NCBI GenBank assembly: GCA_016748015.1
Contig: JAAOMT010000436.1
Location: 1,813,187 to 1,877,186 of the forward strand
Length of the DNA stretch: 64,000 bases
Source of the DNA: Geosiphon pyriformis uo1
Lineage: Eukaryota; Fungi; Glomeromycota
Reading direction: 5' to 3'
Each line of letters starts with the position of its first letter. Position 1 is the first letter of the stretch. The translations under genes were made by a program, and so were the position numbers. The notes beneath the pieces were generated by a model that was not told the origin of the DNA, ran no database searches, and saw only the letters and a list, made by a program, of their open reading frames with translations. Below, piece by piece: positions 37,801 through 48,016 of the stretch.

Positions 37801-40800
37801 TTTCAGAAAAAGTAAAAAGAGAAACACCCTTTAATATGGCATACAACAGTGCTCTTAACAAACTTTATCACTACCCCCATTATGTTAAGATGATTTTCGA
37901 CCTAGCAATGGCATTAATTAATGGAGCTACCAAAGAAGATGTCCATCAAATGAAGGAAGCAGAATACATTGAATACACCATAGAATTAGCTGGATTTGAT
38001 TACGAAGATGAAGTAGAAGTCTACCACCAAATTGCAAGTCACATCTATCCAACCCAAGAAGCTCAAATTCAATGATTAAAGCAAATGAACATTAGGCTAT
38101 GTGAAGAATGCATTATGTCTTGTGATAAACAGTAGTGTCCTGAATGCTATGCTCTTAGCATTTCTCTGTTCAGTAAAAATAATGAGAACAAAATTGAATT
38201 TAGAGAACCTGAAGCAACAGAAGAAATTAAAGCAACATCCATCTATCTCATCAAAAACCAGTCTGTCTTACAACTCAAATACTTCAACAACAATGAACAA
38301 AGAATAAAACCTGAAAAAGCACATGAAATTGATGCTGGATATGACCTAAGATATCCAGACAAGGATACTCTTATTCTCAAATCCAAATCTCTTACAAAAA
38401 TCAACTTCAAAATTGCTCTCGAAATTCTGCCAGGAGCAATGGTTCAAATCACCTCCCGGTCCTTTCTGGCAAGCAAAGGAATCAATGTCAAAGGAGGAAT
38501 AATTGATGCTGGATATACTGGTGACATAACAGTAATACTCCAAAATGAAACCAATAAACCTTTCAAGATTGAACATGCTGAAAAAATTGCCCAAGCTATT
38601 TACTTACCTTTAATCAACATTTCGGGTTTACAATTAGTCAATCAAAGAGAACTATTGAGAAAAAGTGAAAAAAAAACCTAAGATTTTGGTTCAACTGGAT
38701 GATTTACAGTTCCAGTAAACATAGCCCTCAATAAACAGAAAGAACCTCACCAGATTTTATGACTTTCACAACCAATTACCATTTCACCCTTTAGAGAATA
38801 CCCCGAAATTTACACTTGTAAAAAGCCAACAACCACACAACAAATTTTTGAGTCCAACAAACAAATCTGCTTGGAATATAATATCTCAATCCCAAACATT
38901 TATATTCCAAAAGAAACAAAAAAAATCCGAGTTACTTTTTACAATCCCAACAATTTCCCCATAGTTTTATTAAATAACTTAGAAATTGGAGTTATTTACA
39001 GTAATATCTTTCAACAAGAATTATCCCAAACAGTTCCCAATTTTTCTGAAATTATTGGACATTCACTACCAAAAAACAATCCAAGCTCCAGCTCTAAAAA
39101 CTACCATGTTGTCATAGAAAAACTATCTTGAATCAACATGGGACAACTTGAACCACAACAAAAGAGCCAGTTTAAAGAGTTAATTACAGAATTTGCCAAT
39201 ATATTTGCTGAAAACAACAATAACTTAGAAAAAACCAATTTTCAACACCAAATCTATACAGGAGATGCCAAACCAAAGTGACAACAAGCCTACTGAGTTG
39301 TCCCAGAAAGTCACCAATTTATCCGAGAAGAAGTGTAATGGATGCTTAACAATAGCCTTATTTAACCATCGATAAGTTCATGGGCCTCACCTGTGGTCCT
39401 AGTTAAAAAGAAAAATGGAAAAATACAATTTTGTGTTGATTATCAACAACTCAACAGCATCACCATTGGAGATGCCTACCCTCTTCCCCAAATTGACGAC
39501 ATGTTAGATGCCCTTGGAAAATCCGAATACTTTTCGACATTAGATTTGGAGAGCGAATACTGACAAGTTGCCATGGATCCCAAAGATTGCCCCAAAACAG
39601 TATTTACCACGCAAGAAGGAAATTACGAGTTCAACATAATGCTTTTTAGATTATGCAATGCACCAGCAACATTCCAAAGACTCATGAATGTTGTTTACAA
39701 AGGCCTTCTTTGAAAATCAGTAGTTGTCTATCTCAATGATATTGATGTTTATTTACCATCTTTTGAATTACACTTAAAACACCTGCAAGAAGTTTTTCAA
39801 CAATTATGAAAAGCAGGATTGAAACTGAACATCAAAAAATGCTACTTCGGAAAAATGAGTTTGGTCTTTCTTGGCCACATTGTGAGCAAAGATGGAATTA
39901 AACTAGATCCTGGAAAAATCAGCACTGTCAAGAACTTCAAGACTCCACAAAATATCACAGAATTGAGAGGATTTATTGAATTAGCTTCCTATTACCAAAA
40001 ATTCATCAAAGAATTCTCAGAAATTGCAAAACCTCTTAACCAGCTCACTACTAAAAATGTCGAATACAAATGGATGGAAGAACACCAAAAAGCTTTTGAA
40101 ATTCTCAAGAAAAAGCTGACAACAGCTTCAATTCTAGCCTAGTCAGACTTCAGTAACTGATTTCAACTAGCTACAGATGCTTTTTACACTGCCTTTGATG
40201 CCATCTTATCACAATTAGATGACAACAGAAATGAGTGAGTAATTGCTTATGCTAGCAGAACATTAAAACCAGCTGAGAAAAACTATCCTGCCACAGAACT
40301 AGAAACAGCAGCCATAATTTGGGCCCTACACCACTTCAACCTTTATCTTAGACCTAAAAAATTTGATATTATCACTGATAATATTGGACTTAAATGGCTT
40401 CAAAACAAAAACACCCAACTGAATGCAAAACAAACTCAATTAACAGGATTTTTAGCCAACTACTGATACATTGTACACCACAACCAAGAAAACTCCACAC
40501 CAACGTTGATTGTCTCTCAAGAAAGAGGCAAGATTAGAACATAAAAACAACACCCATTTGAATTAACAACAAAACAACAAACAATGAATCCCGAAAACTA
40601 CAACAATCTTAAACAATATCTGGAGAGATTAACAATCCCAACAGATTGGTCTTCAGATAAAAAACATTGGTTACAACAACAAGCCAAACAATACTTCTTA
40701 CACAACAACATGATTTATTATCAAAACTTCAGAAATCCAGACAGTCTGCTCAGATTAATACAAGAACATGAAAAAGAAACCATTTTATATAACATGCACT

Positions 40801-41969
40801 CAGACCCTTCATCAGCACACCTAGGAAAAGACAGTACCACTCAGAAAATACTAGAATATTATTTTTGGCCACAAATGAAAAAAAACATTCATGAATACAT
40901 TAAGTCTTGTGATAGTTGTCAAAAAAGAGGAGAAACTCACCCTACAAAATCTTTAAACCCAATTAAAGTTGGACAGCCATTTGACCGAGTTGGTATTGAT
41001 TTAGTCAGACCACTCTTTATCACAAACCAAGGAAACCATTATATTGCAGTAGCTGTAGACTATCTCACCAAATGGCCTGAAGCCAGAGCCATTCAATGAG
41101 CAGATGCAAAATTAGTAGCAAACTTTATCTATAAAGACATTATTTGTAAACATAGATGCCCAATAGAACTTTTATCTGATCAAGGAACACATTTCATGAA
41201 CAATTTAATCCAGAAAATTTGTGGACAATTTAATGTCAAGAGACCATTATCTTTGCCCTACTATCCACAAACAAATGAACTTGTAGAACGTTTTAACAGA
41301 ACATTGTGTGAATCATTAGCCAAAGTCTTAACCGATTTTGAGCAAGAATGAGATCTCTTTATTTCATCAATATTACTAGCATATAGAACACTAAAACAAG
41401 ATACCACAAAAAACACATTATTTGATTTAACTTATGGAAGGACAGCAATATTACCAATTAGTTTCACAGTAGAAACATACCCAGCACAACCAATTGATAA
41501 AAACAATTTCCAGGAAACACTACAACAAAGAGCCTACACTCTGCTTAGCACATTGGAAGGAAAATAATGAATAGCAGCCACCCATATTAAACACTCCCAA
41601 GCTCAACAAAAAGAACAGCATGACAACAAATAGCCTCCAGTTACCAATAGATTTAAAATTGGAAACAAAGTTCTTTTACACAGAACTAAAGCTGAAAAAC
41701 AATGGAGTGGAAAATTTGAAAATAAATGGGATGGACCATTCTTTATTCATGAAACCCTAAGCAACAGATCATACAAGCTAAGACTTGATAACAAAATCCT
41801 AGCAAAAATTGCACATGGAGATTGTTTGAAACACTATAATTCCAGAAACAATCCCAAACTATTAATTCCACAAATTAGCACACATTCTCTTTTAATCAAT
41901 TCCAAAGATATTTTCCGGAATTTAGAACCAATAGTTGTCATTAAACAACCTCCCAACCTGAACACTTAA
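34862..41969 (+). pseudogene. Gypsy gag-pol polyprotein (decayed)
   Basis: Gag IPEF..WL, QxxxESV, QFIAGL and knuckle CHYCGIPGHWKRNC (~36350). Protease LILDSGSA (~36985). RT WASPVVLV, FCVDY, YLND (eroded YLDD). RNase H TDA/YASR/ELE. Integrase HHCC, GIDL, SDQG, VERFN, and a GPF domain. Confidence 0.93.
38290..38700 (+). pseudogene. Trimeric dUTPase domain within Gypsy pol
   Basis: All five motifs are legible: DAGYDL, SRS, GIIDAGYTG, KIAQAI, and FGSTG after an in-frame stop. Confidence 0.93.
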
Positions 41970-42091
41970 TTTAAATTTATTATTATAGTTATCTTCTTAT
42001 AATTTAGAAACAATCTCACAAAAACAAAACAAAAATAACATAAAAACCCATACACCAAAAATAATTTTCTTGTATTTTCAAATCTCTTATA

Positions 42092-42770
42092 ATGACTATT
42101 CCTCAAAACATTCAACAATTATCCCAAAAACTAATATTAGCTTTAAAAACAATACCCAAATTATCTATTACTGTTACTGGAAACCACATTAATTATACCC
42201 AAACAGAAGTAGTCACAAAATTAGCCCCAAATTCACGAAAATATCACCCATATAAGAAGAACACAAGAAGTTATTCTGGAATTTACCTACCAGAACTTTT
42301 AAAGCTTGCTTTAAGAGAAAACTTAATGCTCATTTCTATTAATATTCCACCAAATACTACTATTCAACAAAAACTTCAACTGTGTCTTAATGAAGAAAAC
42401 TATGACTATACTCCAATATATAGATATTTCTACATTGAAAAAACACTTCATGAACAAAAATGGGAGCTTACAGCAGCAAACCTCACAAAAAGAGCTATTT
42501 GAAAACAACTCCACAATGAATTCAAGACAACAGCTGGACCTACAAACAGTCGTTATAAACTAAAAGCTGCTCTTAGACTTTATGACCTATTCCATACCTG
42601 TGAAAACGTCTTATAAAACCCAATTTTACAACCTTTGAAGATTCAATACATTGGAAAGCTCACAGAACTGAAATTTCAACAATTTTCAGACCAAATTTCT
42701 TCAATAATTTTGGATTACTATCTGGAAATTACAGATAGTACTTGGACTTTGATAGAGCTCAGTCTTGAGA
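42092..42770 (+). pseudogene. Additional ORF of unknown function between integrase and the 3' LTR
   Basis: ATG at 42092. The frame continues past stops at 42500 and ~42614 (YKLKAALRLYDLF...QYIGKLTE) up to the PPT. Confidence 0.65.
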
Positions 42771-42779
42771 AAGAGGTTA

Positions 42780-43755
42780 TATTACCAGATGAAATTAGAA
42801 ATATTGCTTAACATGAAATTACCCTTATAATTCTTATCATTAATTAGCATTTCAAATTATTACTTATTACATTAGCAAAATATCCAAAATTATCATTTAA
42901 TTAATAACCCAATTTGTACATAACACAAATGTAACCTAATTGCGATGATCAATTATACAATACTCTGAACTATGTAACATTCAATAAGTTTGCCGAAATT
43001 TGTAGAAATTTGCTAAAATAATTGATAGTTCACCAAAATATCTAATAGTTTGCAGAAATAACTTGTAGTTTGCCAAAATGTATTTCTAGTTCAACAAAAT
43101 TAAAGAAAATAGCAAAGTTCAAGTTCATAGAATAGTGTTATGACAAGTTGTATAAAAGAAGAGCTTCTCTTTTCGAGAAAATATATTTTACTTTAGATTT
43201 GTTACTTAGAACCATTTCTATACACACCAAAAGAAATAAATATCAAATAATTCGAAAAACCAAATTCTTTAATTATTGCACTTGGAAAATTTTCAAAAAC
43301 CCAACTAATGTTTTGAAATTGATTAGCTACCAATTTCAGTAAACTGTTAGTAACTCCAGGCCTGGATAGAAAACGTTTCCCTTGACAGAATTCTATTTCT
43401 TTTACATTTCTTTATTTTCTTTCTTTTATTCTTATCATAATCATTAAGGTAGCCTACAGATGAGATTCCTGTAGAAGAGTTGACTTTTACAGCAAAGTAA
43501 CTACACATTTTTAGTGAGCTTCCAGATAAGCAATTCCTGAAAAGGAGTTGACGTTTACTACAATGTAACTATACAAAGTAACTGGCATGAAATTGGCCAT
43601 TTCACTTATAAGCCCAGCAGTTCAAATTATAGGAGATAATTTGAAGATAAATTCAGTTATCAGAGGTTCAAAAACACTTCCCATAATTGTAAATTAACAG
43701 CATTATAACAAACATACAAGAGCTTAAGAAGAGACCAAAAAAACCACTGGTAACA
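42780..43755 (+). repeat. 3' LTR, family A
   Basis: TATTACCAG...CTGGTAACA; near-identical to the 5' LTR, with differences mostly transitions. Confidence 0.96.
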
Positions 43756-43811
43756 GTATAAATCATGCGTTTTCTACACGTGATCAGACACTTGGCCCAA
43801 TCAAGGACTCA

Positions 43812-45935
43812 CTACACTGAATCAAAAATAGGTGAGAATAATCCTAACTCACAAATTCTCTCAATGATACCATTCAGATTCCTAGAGTCAAAAATAAACT
43901 CACTAAGAAACAACCTAGTAGATTCAATATTGCTCCTGGTTTCAGCACTAGACATTCATCACAAAGCAATAACATGCTCAACAGTGTCCTCACTTAAAAA
44001 GGAAGGCTTAGCAGCCAGTACACTATCATAATCCATACCACCAAAGTCAACCTCAGATCTAAAACAAGCAATGTCCTTAGAAACTCCAACCATGAGGTTA
44101 GCAAAATTGTTAACAGCACTTTTCATAGAAATGATATTTTTCTCGACCTGAACAGCTTTAACAGCATTATCATCAAGAAGACGAAACACCAAAGCAACCA
44201 AAGAACCAACAGGCTCAACAATAGACTTAACCAGAGCAGCCAAATCCAAAATCTGCTTTTCCAAAGAGTCCAATCTGGAACCAACAGCAGGATCAGCAGC
44301 AGAAGCAGCTGAAAGAGCCACTAAAGGAGGAAACTCAGAAAGACCAGAAGGAGCAACAGTCTTGGCATATGAAGCAGAACCCACAAAACGAGACTTGAAA
44401 ACCTTAGGAATCTTGGGAGTGGGAGGTGAGGAAATCTTGCAATTTACAGTCAGATGGCCCATTTTTTGACACCTAAAGCAGCGCTGGCAGCCAGAAGTTT
44501 CCCACCAGATATGGCATTTCCTTAGAGTACTAGTCTTGACTACAGCAGAATCCAAATCACTTTAAGAGTCAAATGTAACCAAAGCAAACTGGGAATAATG
44601 ACCAGAATCAGAAGAACGAGGAATGAAACATGTTTGACCACCAATCTAAGAAATCATATCACTGATTTCAAAGACAGTACAACCAGGGGGAAGGTTGACC
44701 AATTTGGCCTTAAACTTATTACGAGACAAAATAGTCTCATTTTAATTCACCAAAGGAAGGATTCTAACACTATCTTTGTCCACCAAGACTGACCAATGCT
44801 TCAAGGCAAACACAGCAGAGTCTAACTTTTCAAAATAAACCACATACTGCCAAATGCCAACAGGCTTTAGCACAACATAAGTGACACTACTAAACACACT
44901 GAAAGCCAACTTAATGTTAGCAGCAGACACACCCAAAGGTATATCACACAGCACAACAGCAGCAGAAGAGGAACCAGATTCAGAAACCACCAAAGACTTG
45001 GCAATTTTGAGAGTGGCCAAATGAATAGAGCTTGTAAGCTCAACCAGAAACACAGCTTTCAAAAACTGTTGAGAAGCAAACTCCATACAGAAAAGCTTTA
45101 CATTGTCTTTTGAAACAGATTTAGCACCCAAAAAACCATGCACAGACTGAAAAACAGTCTTAACATGAGCCAATTTGATCTTAAAAGTGGCACCAGGCAC
45201 CAAAGTGGAGGCCACCCACCCAGCAAACCTTTGACGACTAGTAATAGTTTCTCAAGTACTACTAGAAGTAGCACCAGAAACTAGAGAAGGAGATGAATCA
45301 GTTTCCATTTGATCAGCCCAGTTCCTAAGAACAGGTGACCCAACAGAAAGAGATTGTTTTGCTTCTAAAACTGGCAATGATTTGTCAAAAGACACTATAT
45401 TTGGCAATACAGCCAGTGGTTGATCTTGGTTCATCTTGGATAATGTGCTGGATGATGCTATGGAGATCTCATCTAAGATCTCATTGGGAACCACAAAGGA
45501 GTTCAGTGTAACTATAGTAGAGGCAAGCGACTGTTCCCACTTTTTTGAATTTTTGGTTTTTTTGACCATTTTTTTTGAAGAGGTGGTGCCAGAAGCATCA
45601 GGTGTTGAATCTATAGAGGAGAAGACCAGCTTATTTACTAGTCTATTATTAAAAACTTTTGGGCTCTTAGTCGGGGTGGAGGCAACACTGGGACTAACCC
45701 AAGTGTGTCTCTTTGAAGGAACCTTGACTGGTGAAAAACCAGCCAAAGATGAGAAAGTTGATTCAGTGGCTACCAAAGACAGCTTTTCACAATTACTGGG
45801 TAAGGAGAAGACTTCTAAAACGTTTTGCCTAGTTGCTTCTACAACAGAAAGAGCTCCTCTGGTTGAAATTTTATTAGATATCTCAGGACAAATATCAAGT
45901 GCAGCCTTTTTACTCTTTGCTCTGGTCATGGTCAT
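43812..45935 (-). pseudogene. ORF1-like protein of the HAL1-like element (~700 aa: Ser-rich N-terminus, RRM-like repeats, CCHC knuckle, coiled coil)
   Basis: Pieces 45935-45252, 45215-44742 and 44555-43959 join up. Contains CFRCQKMGHLTVNC. The segment AVVLCDIPLGVS...WQYVVYFE...WSVLVDKDSVRI is homologous to the LINE ORF1. Stop TAG at 43814-43812. Confidence 0.87.
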
Positions 45936-46380
45936 AAAATTAAGGAGACAAAGAGTTTTTTTATAAAGTCATGTAAAAACTAAAATACAATCTTAATATA
46001 AATTAATTTAATTTTTATAATAATATTAAACATTAAAATAAAAACTATATTTTTAATAATTAATAATTGTTTTTTAACATATTATTTGTAATTCTATTTT
46101 ATTAGTTTGATTTTTGTAATAAATAATATAATAAAATAATTAATAAAAGTTTTATGTTAAAATATAACTTTTTTTATTTTTAAATTAGTAATAATTAATA
46201 TTTAGCAATATAATTAGATGTTAATTTAAATTAACTTTGGCAAATATGTATTGCTATTATTTTCTAAGATAAAAAAATAATTATTATTTATAATCAAAAT
46301 AAAGAATTATAATTAATATTAATAATCCAAAAAAATTGTTTTAAAAAAAAAATTGCTTTTTAATTGTTTTGGTTTTATTA

Positions 46381-46422
46381 TGATGATGAAAATGATGATA
46401 ATGATGAAAATGATGATAATGA

Positions 46423-46494
<72 letters not shown>
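46381..46494. repeat. (AAT)n microsatellite preceded by degenerate GAT/GAA/AAT triplets
   Basis: Directly visible. Confidence 0.95.
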
Positions 46495-48016
46495 CATCTT
46501 TTTTTTTGGATTTTAAAATTGTTCGTTAAGTTTAAATTAATTAATTGGCTATATATAATATTTTATTTTTTAAATACAAAACTTGGTTTTAAAATATTAA
46601 AAAAATTATTTTAATACAATTTTATTATAATTAAAATTATAAAATGTATAATTTATTATTATTATATTAAGTTAATAATTATAAGACATTGATTATTAAT
46701 ACACATGTGAAAATAATTTTTAATTTATTTAATATTAAAGTTATAACTATTGTATTAAATATTTTATACAATTATAATTTTAATTATTTTAAATTGTAAA
46801 ATAATATAATTTAAAGTTTTTTAAAAAAATAATACAGTATTTGTGATTTATTATTCATTATCTTAAAATTCCGAAAATAAGCAGCTCTTTATATCATCAA
46901 TTTTTGAGGGTTATTTTTTAAAAAAAGTTGCTTATTCAACTTTCTAAGGCTTTTGGACCTGAAAAAACCATACAGTACTTATAAATAAAATTAATTGGCT
47001 TATATTTTATATATTTTAATTTTAATTTTATAAATTATTTTTTAACTTGAAAATTTATTATGCTTCATTTTATTTGATTGAATCATTTTTACGGTTATTA
47101 TTTTAATTTATTATATATTTATTTATAACTTGTTATCAAACACAATAACTTCAATATTAAATTTTAATAAAATAATAATTAATAGCAATATTCAAAAAAT
47201 TAACAATCAAAAAATAAAATCTCATAAACATAGAATATAATATGCCGTATTTATACAATATCTTTTTATTTAATGAAAATAGGTATTTACATTTCGGATT
47301 GTTTCACATAGGGAGAAATTCCAACGATATCCGAGGTGACATAGGCCGAAAATGATTTAGCACTGAAATTTTCAACCTGTCAGTCATACATACCCCTAGT
47401 AATTTTTAATCTAGATAGGGTTTAGTTTGCCGGCCAAGTCTCCGGTTATTATTTAATTGATATAGGAACCAATAATTAAGCCTATCAATTGAAGTATTAC
47501 CTATTTTCGTTGCGCAATGATTGATGATCACACGCCATTTCTCGAGGGTTTAACAATGGATTCTATGTTCATCAGCCAAATATAAGTAGTTTCTTTCGGG
47601 CTGATCTGAAAAGTACAAATGAGAACCATATGAGATATGATCTTGAATTCACCAACGAAATTTACAATCCTTAAAGGGCTAGAATAAATAAATAAGGATT
47701 TGTTTGCAGCCCTACTTAAACTAGAAATAGGTTGGGCAAATGTCGCAATTGTAAGATCCAATTAGCAAGCCTTCAAGCCAAATGCTACGTACATCGATTA
47801 TTAATACAATATTAATGGGTATTTACCACAAGTAAATTATTTCAATCGACTTGGGGTCAAGTTATTATGACCTTATAATATTTCTTTAAGATTCATCTGA
47901 AAAAGGGAATCTGAATATTTTCTATGACCAAAACCGCTTTGCTTTCTCAATCTATTCGAACTCAAAAAAAGTTTTTAGTGAGTTTGGGATTTAAAAGCAA
48001 AATATTCAAGGAATTT

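Larger units (their letters stand above)
33872..43755 (+). mobile_element. Full-length Ty3/Gypsy LTR retrotransposon (family A) with dUTPase and an extra 3' ORF, inactivated
   Basis: 976-bp LTRs, PBS tttggtgctcttcc at 34848, PPT gagaaagagg at 42767-42776, TSD GCAT/GTAT. Domain order gag-PR-dUTPase-RT-RH-IN. Confidence 0.96.
33789..45962 (-). mobile_element. ORF1-only non-autonomous poly(A) retroposon (HAL1-like), copy 2; ~2.29 kb without the Gypsy inserted in its 3' UTR
   Basis: Same 5' start as copy 1 (aaaaactctttg). The 3' UTR is split between 43756-43811 and 33799-33871, the poly(A) appears as a T-run at ~33789, and the TSD is ataaagtcat (33779-33788 and 45963-45972). Confidence 0.9.

Noticed and set aside
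40535-40584. Integrase apparently on a separate ORF with its own ATG
   Set aside because: The old Gypsy appears in frame across the equivalent junction (~14710-14780), so a copy-specific indel is at least as likely. It cannot be resolved from one copy.
47416-47425. TAGGGTTTAG telomere-like word
   Set aside because: Only 7 nt match a TTAGGG array, and there is no supporting structure.
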